From contig CP051526.1 in NCBI GenBank assembly GCA_050916045.1, positions 2,112,001 through 2,176,000 of the forward strand: DNA of 64,000 bases, written 5' to 3'. Shown piece by piece: positions 19,307 to 28,544 of the stretch. Each line of letters opens with the position of its first letter. The stretch's first letter is position 1. This DNA comes from Tepidisphaera sp. (lineage in GTDB: Bacteria; Planctomycetota; Phycisphaerae; Phycisphaerales; UBA1924). Below the pieces are notes generated by a model. The model ran no database searches and had not been told where the DNA came from. It saw only the letters and a program-made list of their open reading frames with translations. The position numbers and the translations under genes are program-made.

Positions 19307-19558
19307 TGGGGGTAGGGATTATGGGCCAATTTAAAGAAATTTCATCGAAAATCCAGGGTCCGGGTGGCATTTCGCGCCATTTGTGTCATGTTGGAGGCTG
19401 GAGGAGTCTGCACTTGGACAAGCTCCCTCATGAGCGATTCTTGCGCGGTCGATGGAACCGTTCGCAGGAGCCCGGCGTATAGTCGCCCGGACCTTCATGT
19501 GGAGTTGGTCCAGTGTGGTGTAGAACGGCAGCCGCTTGCCGTGAAAGGTGGTAGGACA

Positions 19559-20527
19559 GTGAGTGGAGAGAGAGAACGGGCCGCAACGGCCTCGAAGGCG
19601 GTGCAATCCGACCTTCAACTGTATCTGAGGGAGATCAACCGTTATCCTCTGCTCACCGCCGAGCAGGAAAAGGAATTCGGTTGGGCTGTCATCAACGACA
19701 ACTGCCCGCATGCCCGCGACCGGATGATCCGGTCGAACTTGCGACTTGTCGTGGCGATCGCCAAAAACTACTCGAACCGGGGACTGCCTCTGACCGACCT
19801 CATCGAAGAGGGCAATATCGGTCTGATGCGCGCCGTCGAGGGGTTTGATCCTTCCCAGGGAGCGCGGTTCAGCACCTATGCGAGCTGGTGGATCAAGCAG
19901 GCTGTCAAGCGTGCTCTGATCAACGCCACGCAGCCGGTGCACATCCCGACCTACATGGTCGAGCTGATCGCCAAGTGGAAGATCGCCCATCGCAAGCTCG
20001 AAGCCGAGCTGGGCTTCCCCCCCACGATCCACGATCTGGCTCGCGCCATGGACCTCCCGGTCCGCAAGGTCCGGATCATCAAGCGCGCGATCAAAGCCTT
20101 CCAGTCGCCGTTCCGCGAGTCCCAGGGCAGCGAAAGCCTCGGCTTGGGCGAGCTCGTCGCCGACACGCGCCACGCCGCTCCGGAAGAGTCCCTCTTCCGC
20201 GAGGATGAGCTCAAGACCCTCAATTCGCTGCTTGACACGATCGATCCGCGCGAAGCGGACATCCTCAAGCTTCGATTCGGCCTCGACGGCTGCGAGCCCA
20301 TGACGCTCAAGCAGATCTCCGACGAGATGAAGATCAGCCGCGAGCGCGTTCGCCAGATCGTCGACGAGGCGCTCACCAAGCTCAACGCCCGCCTTACGCA
20401 GGAGCCCCGCAAGCTCGACGATTCCGAAGGCCAGCGTCGCGTGGGTCGCGCCCAGTCCGAGCGGTTCCAGACCGACCGGCTCCAGGCCGATCAGATCATG
20501 GGCGAAACCGCCCGAATCGTCGGCTGA
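19559..20527 (+). CDS. RNA polymerase sigma-70 family factor (RpoD/RpoS-like, no region 1.1)
   Basis: Region 1.2 LYLREINRYPLLTAEQE. Region 2 NLRLVVAIAK..DLIEEGNIGLMRAVEGFD..RFSTYASWWIKQ. Region 4 TLKQI..ISRERVRQI. GTG start inferred. Confidence 0.92.
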   Translation: MSGERERAATASKAVQSDLQLYLREINRYPLLTAEQEKEFGWAVINDNCPHARDRMIRSNLRLVVAIAKNYSNRGLPLTDLIEEGNIGLMRAVEGFDPSQGARFSTYASWWIKQAVKRALINATQPVHIPTYMVELIAKWKIAHRKLEAELGFPPTIHDLARAMDLPVRKVRIIKRAIKAFQSPFRESQGSESLGLGELVADTRHAAPEESLFREDELKTLNSLLDTIDPREADILKLRFGLDGCEPMTLKQISDEMKISRERVRQIVDEALTKLNARLTQEPRKLDDSEGQRRVGRAQSERFQTDRLQADQIMGETARIVG

Positions 20528-20560
20528 TTCCCGCTTTCTGAACCAACACCGATCTCACAC

Positions 20561-20594
20561 GCGGGGCCCCATGCGGGCCCCGCTTTGCTTTTTC
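20561..20594 (+). terminator. Rho-independent terminator after the sigma factor
   Basis: GCGGGGCCC/GGGCCCCGC stem followed by TTTGCTTTTT. Confidence 0.75.
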
Positions 20595-20655
20595 GTCGCG
20601 CCCCAAACCACTCCGGCGTGTGCAAAGCGGGCCCGTCCCTGCTACCATCGGCGCT

Positions 20656-22248
20656 ATGCAGAAACCAAGCTCGAAGTTCCGTTTCCGCCCGATCACCCGC
20701 GTCGTGACCGCGCTCGTGCTGGCGGCGACCGCCGCGTACGCCGCCCCCGCCGCCCGCGCTCAGGACGACTTCCTCGAGAAACTCAACAAGCGCGCTCGCG
20801 AGGTGCGGTCGGACCGCCGGTCCGACCTCATCCTCATCCCCCTGCTCGCCAAGATGACGCCGCCCCCCGCCGAGATCCAGGCCGACCTCGAAGCCGGCCC
20901 CGCGTGGATCCTCATCGACCCCTCCGTCACCGCACGCTGGGCCAAGATGAAAGCTTGGGCCGAAGCGGCTCCGCAGCAGGCCGCCCTCAAGGGCCTCGGT
21001 GACGCCGCCAAACAGTTCGACCGCAACGATCCCGGCATGGGCTGGGGCCTCCCCTACGGCGCCACCTCCGAAGCCATGGAAGCCGTCCGCGCCGATCTGC
21101 ACGTCGACCTGGGCTCGGAAGAGCCCACCATCGCCGAAGCGGACCCCAAGTACCTCGTCCGCATGCAGTGGCTCGAGGAACTCGCGCACGTCGAAGCCAC
21201 CCGCCTGCTCGCCGAGGGCCAGCCCGGCGAAGCAATCAACACCCTGATCAACATCACGTACATCGGCCGCCAGCTCGCCGATCGCGAACTCTCCTCCGAG
21301 GTCCGCGAAGGCTGCCGCATGATGATCACCGCGCTTGGCCGCGTGCGTGACATCGCGTACCAGGACTTCCGCGGCGAGCGCAAGCTCGACATCGCGACGC
21401 TCCGCGCCCTCATCGAGCGTTTCGCCGATGGCCAGTTCCGCATCGCCCGCATCCGCTTCCCGATGGGTGACCTCTACGCCATCGAGCAGCTCATCGCCCG
21501 CGCCTACGGCAACGGCGGCGCTCCCGACGGCGCTCGCCTGGGGCCGATGCTCGCCCGCATCGCCACCCGCCAGCATCCCCTGAAGATCTTCAACGAGTCC
21601 GCCCGCTGGACCGAAGCCGCCAAGTCGATGGGCGACCGCCGGTCGACCGAGGAGATTCTCGGCCAGGTCTACGGCGACTGGACAACCCGCTGGACGATCG
21701 ATCCCTTCGACCCGCGCATGCGGGCGACCTTCGAGTTCGAGAAGTTCTCGCGTCCGCGCTACCCGCTGGTCTCGCTCCTCTCCGACCTGACGGAGTTCTT
21801 TGACACGCGGCAGGTGATCAACACCGAGATCGTCGGCACCCGCGCCGCTCTCGGCCTGCTCGGCTACTTCTACCAGCAGCGTGCTTTCGCCCGCGTCCTC
21901 ACCTCCGCGCGTCCGGACTGGATCTCGGCCAAGGAAGCCGATCCGTTCAACCCTGACGAGCGTGATCGCGACGGCGTGCCCCCGCTTCGGTACATGCGGC
22001 CCATCACCGACGACGATCAGAAGCGTCCGCACGCCATGACGGTCGTCACCGGCAGCGGCTACAACTTCCGCCTGACCCTCGACGACTCGGTCTGGATGCT
22101 CTGGTCGGTCGGCTCCAACAGCGAGAACGACTTTGCCCGCTTTGTCCAGAACACGTCGAAGATGGTCTCGCGTGCCGACTACCTGATCTGGCCGCCGATC
22201 GAATCCCTGACCCGTCAGCACCTCAAGGACATCGGGGCTCTTCAGTAA
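20656..22248 (+). CDS. Secreted hypothetical helical protein
   Basis: Signal peptide ending ARA-Q, strong coding-type codon bias. C-terminal DPF...LRY...LWSVGSNSEND motif. Confidence 0.75.
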   Translation: MQKPSSKFRFRPITRVVTALVLAATAAYAAPAARAQDDFLEKLNKRAREVRSDRRSDLILIPLLAKMTPPPAEIQADLEAGPAWILIDPSVTARWAKMKAWAEAAPQQAALKGLGDAAKQFDRNDPGMGWGLPYGATSEAMEAVRADLHVDLGSEEPTIAEADPKYLVRMQWLEELAHVEATRLLAEGQPGEAINTLINITYIGRQLADRELSSEVREGCRMMITALGRVRDIAYQDFRGERKLDIATLRALIERFADGQFRIARIRFPMGDLYAIEQLIARAYGNGGAPDGARLGPMLARIATRQHPLKIFNESARWTEAAKSMGDRRSTEEILGQVYGDWTTRWTIDPFDPRMRATFEFEKFSRPRYPLVSLLSDLTEFFDTRQVINTEIVGTRAALGLLGYFYQQRAFARVLTSARPDWISAKEADPFNPDERDRDGVPPLRYMRPITDDDQKRPHAMTVVTGSGYNFRLTLDDSVWMLWSVGSNSENDFARFVQNTSKMVSRADYLIWPPIESLTRQHLKDIGALQ

Positions 22249-22352
22249 GCGGCTGGAGTAAGCAACCGGCCGCCGGATCCGGCATCTAAGGCATGGGCGG
22301 GCGTCCTCACAACCTCGCCCCACGGACGCGAACCACGCGTCGGGAGTTCTGA

Positions 22353-23345
22353 TTGACCACCAGCGCCGTCGAACGTGTCGTCATCATCGGCTCCGGCCCC
22401 GCCGGATGGACCGCCGCCGTCTATGCCGCTCGGGCGAACCTCTCCCCGGTGGTTTACTGCGGCGTGCCCAAGCAGACGCCCTCGATCGTCCTCCCCGGCG
22501 GGCAGCTGATGCTCACCACCGAGGTTGAGAACTACCCCGGGTTCCCCCACGGCGTCATGGGGCCCGAGATGATGGGGATGTTCCAGAAGCAGGCCGAGCG
22601 ATTCGGCACCCGGGTCGTTCAGGCCGACATCGAACGCTGCGATTTCTCCAAGCGTCCCTTCGAGCTTCACACCGATGACGGCAACGGCGGCAAGGGCACC
22701 GTCCGGGCCCACTCGGTGATCATCGCGACTGGCGCGGTCGCCAACTGGCTCGGGCTTCCCAACGAGATGCGCCTGGCCACCAAGGGCGGCGGCGTCTCGG
22801 CGTGTGCCGTGTGCGACGGGGCTCTCCCCGCGTTCCGCAAGCAGCCCGTCGCCGTCGTCGGCGGCGGCGACACCGCGATGGAGGAAGCGACCTACCTCAC
22901 CAAGTTCGCGTCCGAGGTCATCGTCCTCCACCGCCGCGACTCCCTTCGCGCCAGCAAGATCATGCAGCAGCGGTTCCTCTCCCGCCCCAACGCCAAGGTG
23001 ATGTTCAACAAAGCCGTCGTCGACGTGCTCGGCGAAGACCGCATCTCCGGCGTCGTCATCGAAGACACGGTCACCAAGCAGCGGTCCGAACTGCCCGTCC
23101 GCGGCCTGTTCATCGCCATCGGACACACGCCCGCCACCGGGTTCCTCAACGGCAGCGGCGTCGAGCTCGACACCAGCGGCTACGTTGATCTCAAGACTCG
23201 CGGCAGCAGCACCAACATCGAGGGCGTCTTCGCCGCCGGTGACGTCGCCGACAGCCACTATCGCCAGGCCGTCACGGCCGCGGGAATGGGCTGTCAAGCC
23301 GCCATAGACGCCGAGCGCTGGCTCGCGACGCAGGACGTGCACTGA
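22353..23345 (+). CDS. trxB: Thioredoxin-disulfide reductase
   Basis: IIGSGPAG, GGQLMLTTEVENYPGF, CAVCDG redox motif, VVGGGDTAMEEA, HRRD, FAAGDV, YRQAVTAAG. TTG start. Confidence 0.95.
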   Translation: MTTSAVERVVIIGSGPAGWTAAVYAARANLSPVVYCGVPKQTPSIVLPGGQLMLTTEVENYPGFPHGVMGPEMMGMFQKQAERFGTRVVQADIERCDFSKRPFELHTDDGNGGKGTVRAHSVIIATGAVANWLGLPNEMRLATKGGGVSACAVCDGALPAFRKQPVAVVGGGDTAMEEATYLTKFASEVIVLHRRDSLRASKIMQQRFLSRPNAKVMFNKAVVDVLGEDRISGVVIEDTVTKQRSELPVRGLFIAIGHTPATGFLNGSGVELDTSGYVDLKTRGSSTNIEGVFAAGDVADSHYRQAVTAAGMGCQAAIDAERWLATQDVH

Positions 23346-23371
23346 GCGTCCCTTGGTCCAAAGCACCGGAT

Positions 23372-24691
23372 TCAGTTCAGATCAACGATCGCTCCCGCCG
23401 CATCCAGATGCAGGCGAAGCCGTGAATCGAGCAGCCCGCGGACCATCTTGGGCTCGGTCGTCACCAGATGTTCGCGCGGCTTGACCGCGCCCACACGCTT
23501 GGCCAGTTCCGGAATCGCGCCTCGCAGCACCGCCGTGTTCACTTCGACCCACGACGCGCACGCCGTGAGGTCCGCAACGGCTTGGGAGACGTTCCGGTCC
23601 GGCGTGGCCATCGCGAGGACGTGGACCTCTCCTTCCGGCGAGACCGCGATCTCGACGCCGGGAGCGAAGGGGCAGCGGACATCAACGCTTCGAAGCCCGG
23701 AGAAGCGCGGCGTGATCGACGCGGCGGCTTGCCCGGTCTCAGGAACGGCGCTCTCGGTGCTCTGGGGTTCGGTCGCTTTCGACGGCTGAAGCGGAGCGAT
23801 CACGCTTCGAAGGAACGCCGCGGGGGAACCCGCCGCATTTCCGAGGAAGAGCGGGATCGGCCGCGTCGGCCCGATCTTGTCGGAAACGACTTCGCATGCC
23901 ACCGCGTGCGACAGGAACGAAGCGGTCGTGCGCTCCAAGCGAGCGGCGGCGTCGCGAGAACGCTCTTCCGGCCCGCCGAGCACGACCACGGCGAGTTCGG
24001 TATGCCCCTCGCGGATGGATTCCTGGTGGACCATGCCCTTGAGGGCGCGGTAGCACGCGACCACGGCCGTGTCGTGCGATCCGGTCAGGATGGCGACGCG
24101 GCGGACGCCCGGCATCATGGCGGTTTCGATCTCGCGGGTCTCGTCGACGCTGACGATCAGCGTTTCGGCGAAGGACGAAGCCGCGACAATGGCTTCGGAA
24201 AGCGAAGCGGGCTTGTGAAGCGGGTCAAGCCCGGCGGCTCCTGGAGCAACGCCGAAGAGATCAATCGCGGCGGACTCGCCCCGCCAGCGGAGGAGGACCA
24301 CCGGCGAACCGACCTGTTTCTGGCGGTGCTTGGCGTACTGCTGAACCCACGCGGAAGCCGCGACGGGCAGGTGGCCGATCACGACCACCTCGGCTCGCAT
24401 CTGCACGGGTTCGTGCCGAACGGTCGTGGCGATATCACGGGCCTGGCGGGCATCGGCCGGAGCGGGTGCCGACGGCTTGGCTCGCAAGGGTTCGGCCTTC
24501 AGCGGGGGCAGGGGCAGATCGTCAACGTCGAACATCTCGGTTGCGGGCGTTGATGTGGGCAGGTCACCCAGAAAAAGCTCGGTGAGTTGCTCGATGGGGT
24601 CGGCCGGATCGCTCAGACCGCCGAGGGGGCGACGCCCGGGCTTGAGGCCCTGCGGAGAACGCGGAGCGGTGTGGGGCGAACCTTCGTGCAT
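23372..24691 (-). CDS. Hypothetical protein with a probable degenerate MinD/FlhG-like domain (no Walker A)
   Basis: AILTGSHDTAVVACYRALKGM and SRDAAARLERTTASFL resemble the FlhG/MinD motifs VVTTPEPTAITDAYALIK and ..RL...A.RFL. Starts 13 bp after the ParA-CBM stop. Confidence 0.6.
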   Translation of the reverse strand: MHEGSPHTAPRSPQGLKPGRRPLGGLSDPADPIEQLTELFLGDLPTSTPATEMFDVDDLPLPPLKAEPLRAKPSAPAPADARQARDIATTVRHEPVQMRAEVVVIGHLPVAASAWVQQYAKHRQKQVGSPVVLLRWRGESAAIDLFGVAPGAAGLDPLHKPASLSEAIVAASSFAETLIVSVDETREIETAMMPGVRRVAILTGSHDTAVVACYRALKGMVHQESIREGHTELAVVVLGGPEERSRDAAARLERTTASFLSHAVACEVVSDKIGPTRPIPLFLGNAAGSPAAFLRSVIAPLQPSKATEPQSTESAVPETGQAAASITPRFSGLRSVDVRCPFAPGVEIAVSPEGEVHVLAMATPDRNVSQAVADLTACASWVEVNTAVLRGAIPELAKRVGAVKPREHLVTTEPKMVRGLLDSRLRLHLDAAGAIVDLN

Positions 24692-24704
24692 GCTCGATCC
24701 AAGG

Positions 24705-26201
24705 TTAGGCGCTTGTCATCATCGCTTCCGTCACGGGCTTGACGCTGCAGAGGTTGTTGGGCTCGCCGAACGGGTTGTGCTGGACGCAGGGGTTGTGGTC
24801 ATCGGCGGCCCAGACGCCATCGACCACCAAGCGGTACTGGTGTTCGCCCGGCGGGAGCGGGAGACACGTCTCGAACGTGCCGGCTTCCTCGTTGCGACGC
24901 ATCGGGGTGGCGGTGGGCGACCAGCCGTTGAAGGAGCCGGCGATCGCGACGGTGCGGCCAAGGGTCAGGGGCTGCACGAAGAGGACCCCCTGCGAGGTGG
25001 CGCGGACGCCGAAGAGGGAGTTGACCGGGGCACGGCCTGGCTTGACCTCGACATCGGACACCAGGCGGAGTTCGGGGCGGCCGGGGCCGGCCGTCCAGCC
25101 GGCATCGGGCCCTTCGCGGCGGAGGAGCTTCTGGGCACGCAGGACCAGCTCGGCCGCCCGATTGGCGGGAGCGGGGGCCGCAGCCGGGGCGGGAGCCAGC
25201 GTGGCGGCGGCGAGGGCATTGTCGACCTCGGCGGCGAGCGGCGCGGGCTGGAGCTCGATCGACTGGGCCGCGACGGTGCGGGAGGCCGCCGTGGAACTGG
25301 CCGCAGGTTCGGCTTCGGGCTGTTCCTGCTCAGAGGAATCCTCGGATTCCGTGGCTTCGGACGAGTCGGGGAGCATGTCGTCGAGCGGGGTGGGCGTGAT
25401 AGCGCGGCTGGAGAGCCCCTTGCGAAGACCGAGGGTTTCGAGAAGCCACATCGCGAGATCGGAGTAGTCCTTCGCGCCCTCGCTTTCCGCGGCGTACTCG
25501 TGGATCGACTGGCCGAAGCTCGACGCTTCGCGGAGCTTGGGGTCGCGGCGGACGACGACGGGAGCGACATGGTGCGAGAAGCGGCGACGGAGCTCTTCGA
25601 GCAGGTCGCCCGCGACCGCGCTGGATTCGTCGTGGATGGTGGCGAGGAGCGAGGACTGGATCGTGAGGCCTAGACGCTTGGCGAGGCTCTTGATCGTCGC
25701 GACCTGCTTGGTTGCGCCCTGAAGCGAGAAGTACCCGGTTTCGACCGGAATCAGCACGTAACTCGCGGCACAGAGGGCGTTGTACGTGAGCAGGCCGATA
25801 CTGGGCGAGCTGTCGATGATGGCGATGTCGTACTCGGTCTTGAAGCGTTCGAGCACGTTGGCCAGCCGACGCTCACGGTCGGGGCGCTCGGCGAGGCCGC
25901 CGCGGAGTGCTTCGAGCCCGGCGAGCTTCATGCGGCTTGGGGCAAGGTCGAGATTGCGGCCGGCACGCCAGAGAAGGCGGGTGGCATCGATGGGGCGGTT
26001 GGGCGGCGAGAGCATCGCGTCGCCGATGTCGAGATCGATCTTGTTTTCGGGAATGCCCAGGCCCGCGGCGCAGTGCGACTGCGGATCCATGTCGACGAGG
26101 AGCACGCGGAGGCCGCTTTTGGCCAGTGCGGCGGAGAGGTTGATCGCCGAGGTCGTTTTGCCGCAACCGCCCTTTTGATTGATGATCGTGACAACGCGCA
26201 T
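24705..26201 (-). CDS. ParA/Soj-family ATPase fused to a C-terminal AMPK-type glycogen-binding (CBM48/early-set) domain
   Basis: Deviant Walker [37 protein letters not shown]. Acidic/Ala-Pro linker. C-terminal [10 protein letters not shown]...[19 protein letters not shown]....NPFGEPNN. Confidence 0.88.
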   Translation of the reverse strand: MRVVTIINQKGGCGKTTSAINLSAALAKSGLRVLLVDMDPQSHCAAGLGIPENKIDLDIGDAMLSPPNRPIDATRLLWRAGRNLDLAPSRMKLAGLEALRGGLAERPDRERRLANVLERFKTEYDIAIIDSSPSIGLLTYNALCAASYVLIPVETGYFSLQGATKQVATIKSLAKRLGLTIQSSLLATIHDESSAVAGDLLEELRRRFSHHVAPVVVRRDPKLREASSFGQSIHEYAAESEGAKDYSDLAMWLLETLGLRKGLSSRAITPTPLDDMLPDSSEATESEDSSEQEQPEAEPAASSTAASRTVAAQSIELQPAPLAAEVDNALAAATLAPAPAAAPAPANRAAELVLRAQKLLRREGPDAGWTAGPGRPELRLVSDVEVKPGRAPVNSLFGVRATSQGVLFVQPLTLGRTVAIAGSFNGWSPTATPMRRNEEAGTFETCLPLPPGEHQYRLVVDGVWAADDHNPCVQHNPFGEPNNLCSVKPVTEAMMTSA

Positions 26202-26430
26202 CGTGCAAAGTCCTCCGTGCACCCGCGCCTCATGCGCGAGCGAAGATCTCCGGATCCATCGCTGGATTCGGACCCACCCCCCTTATTCAGTTCCCTCCGT
26301 GATGAACGCAAGCCGCACTCTCACCCGCGGCCGTACCCGGAAGAACCCCGGTTACACGTACAGAATCACCTATCGGACGCGACCTTTCGCGTCCTTGAAA
26401 GCTTTTTTGGAAGGTACGGTCAAGATGGGG

Positions 26431-27609
26431 TCAATGCCTCATCGCATCCACCGCCGCCGAGACCCGCTCCACCGGCGGATTTTCGATGATCCGGGCCCGA
26501 AAGCCGTCCACGGGAACCACAAACCGGAGCGTGCCGCCGACCGTCTTTTTGTCGTGCGACATCCGCTCGATCAGCTCGGGCGTCGCGGGCAAACCGGCCA
26601 CTTTCGTCGGCAATTCCAGCGAGCGGAGCAGGGACGAAATCCGCTCGCCTGTCTCCGGGCTCAGTAGCCCCAGCCCGGCCCCCAGCGAGCAGGCGGCACA
26701 CAGGCCTAGGGAAATCGCCTCACCATGAAAGAGGGGGGCGTTTCGGGGATTGTCATCCGGGGAAAGGTGCGGGATCGTCTCGATCGCGTGTCCGAACGTG
26801 TGGCCGAGATTCAGGAGGGCGCGGCCGCCGGCGGCGCTAGGAAGCTCCTCGCGCTCATCCCCCGCGACCACCTCGGCTTTCACGGAAACGTTCCGAGACA
26901 CCAGCACGGTGAGCGTGGATTCGTCCAGTTCGCGAATCCTGCCCGCTTGGGCTGTGATCCACTCCAGAAGCGTCGGGTCGCCGCAATCCGCCCCGATCAT
27001 GCCGTGCTTGACACACTCGGCCAGACCCGAGTTGAACTCGCGCCGCGGCAGCGAGCGGAGCGTCGAAACATCCGCGAGCACCGCACGCGGCTGGTGAAAG
27101 GCTCCCACGAGGTTCTTCAGCAGGGCGCCGCCGGCTTCAAGGTTCGCCCCGGTCTTGCCGCCGACGGAAGCATCCACCATCGAAAGCAGCGTCGTGGGGC
27201 ACTGGATCACCGGCACGCCGCGGCGGTAGACCGCGGCCGCGAACCCGGCGAGATCGCCGACGATGCCGCCGCCGAGCGCGATGACCGGCTCGCCGCGTTC
27301 AAGCCGCGCCTGCGAGAGCGCGACGAGCAGTCTTTCGAGCTGCGCGAGCGACTTGTCGGTTTCCGATGCATGGGCCGAAATCGTTGTGACTTCCAGCCCC
27401 GCCGCGGCGAGCGAGCCGCGAGCGCGGTCGACCGTCTCGACCGGCAGCTTGTCATCCACGACGAGCGCGGCGCGTCGAACGCGTCTGCCGTGCGGGGTGA
27501 CATGGCGCGCCCAGTGGCCGACCTCGTCGAGCACGCCCGGCCCGATCGTCACGTCGTACGAACGCTCGGCGAGGTCGACGCGGACGACTTGTCGGGCGGG
27601 CGTCCCCAT
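26431..27609 (-). CDS. aroB: 3-dehydroquinate synthase
   Basis: ALGGGIVGDLAGF, PTTLLSMVDASVGGKT, KNLVGAFHQP, LNLGHTFGHAIE, HGEAIS, DKK. Confidence 0.95.
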   Translation of the reverse strand: MGTPARQVVRVDLAERSYDVTIGPGVLDEVGHWARHVTPHGRRVRRAALVVDDKLPVETVDRARGSLAAAGLEVTTISAHASETDKSLAQLERLLVALSQARLERGEPVIALGGGIVGDLAGFAAAVYRRGVPVIQCPTTLLSMVDASVGGKTGANLEAGGALLKNLVGAFHQPRAVLADVSTLRSLPRREFNSGLAECVKHGMIGADCGDPTLLEWITAQAGRIRELDESTLTVLVSRNVSVKAEVVAGDEREELPSAAGGRALLNLGHTFGHAIETIPHLSPDDNPRNAPLFHGEAISLGLCAACSLGAGLGLLSPETGERISSLLRSLELPTKVAGLPATPELIERMSHDKKTVGGTLRFVVPVDGFRARIIENPPVERVSAAVDAMRH

Positions 27610-27612
27610 CGG

Positions 27613-28482
27613 TCATTCCTCCGGCATGTCGGCGGATTCGTCCCCGTCGGTCGCATCGTCGTCGATATGGTCCGGCTGCGGCTGCGGAGCCGCGACGACA
27701 CGCCGGTTGCGGACCGGCGGCTTCTCGCCCGGAGCACGCTCCCACGGCACCTTGGGCGCGTCGCCCCACATCATTTCGAGGTCGTAGTACGCGCGGGTGT
27801 TGGGCTCAAAGAGGTGGACGACGACATCGACGAAGTCCGCGAGGACCCAGGTGGCCCGGTCGTCGACGCTTCGACGGACGATCGAGTTCCCGCTGGCGGC
27901 CCCGAGTTCGGCGACGTCATCGAGCACGGACCGCATCTGGCGATCGGACGTGCCGGTGCCGATCACGATGAAATCCGAGACGGAGGTGAGCTTGGTGACA
28001 TCGAGCACGACGATGTCGGTGCACTTGTCGTCGCTGAGGAGGCGAGCGGCTTCGATCGCGAAGGCGCGGGACTCATCGATGGGCGTCTTCTTGGGGGGCG
28101 TGCCGGAGATCGCGACGAACCCGGTCGCGGCGGGCTGGGCTTCCACGACCGGCGCCGGAGCGGGCGCGGGCTTGGGGGCTTTGGCGGGCTTGCTCGCCGG
28201 CGGATTGGCTGGCGCACGAGCGGGCGCACTGGCCGCCTTGTTCACGGGCTTGCCAGCGGGCTTCTTCGCGGGCGGAGCGGCTTTCTTGGCCGGTTTGCTC
28301 GCGGGGCCTTTGGAAGCTTTGGAGGCGGCTTTCAAGGCCGGCTTCTTGGCGGCGGGCTTCGCCGCGGATTTCGCCGCAGGCTTTGCCGCCGGCTTGGAGG
28401 CTTTCGCCGATGACTTGGCTGGCGCTTTCGCCGAGGGTTTCGCAGAGGGCTTGGATGCTTTTTTGGTGACTTTCTTGGCCAT
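27613..28482 (-). CDS. rsfS: Ribosome silencing factor with a long N-terminal Lys/Ala/Pro-rich extension
   Basis: DDKCTDIVVLDV..SDFIVIGTGTSDRQM..WVLADFVDVVVHLF..RAYYDLEMMW. N-terminal KPAAK-type repeats. Confidence 0.9.
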   Translation of the reverse strand: MAKKVTKKASKPSAKPSAKAPAKSSAKASKPAAKPAAKSAAKPAAKKPALKAASKASKGPASKPAKKAAPPAKKPAGKPVNKAASAPARAPANPPASKPAKAPKPAPAPAPVVEAQPAATGFVAISGTPPKKTPIDESRAFAIEAARLLSDDKCTDIVVLDVTKLTSVSDFIVIGTGTSDRQMRSVLDDVAELGAASGNSIVRRSVDDRATWVLADFVDVVVHLFEPNTRAYYDLEMMWGDAPKVPWERAPGEKPPVRNRRVVAAPQPQPDHIDDDATDGDESADMPEE

Positions 28483-28544
28483 TGGGCAACGATAGGCCGC
28501 CCGTTCGGTTCGCCCGGGATCGCGGGATCGACCGGCGACGCGGC

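Noticed and set aside
24705..26201. Plasmid or chromosome partition cassette
   Set aside because: No parB or replication gene is adjacent, I noticed no parS-like palindrome, and the flanking genes are housekeeping.
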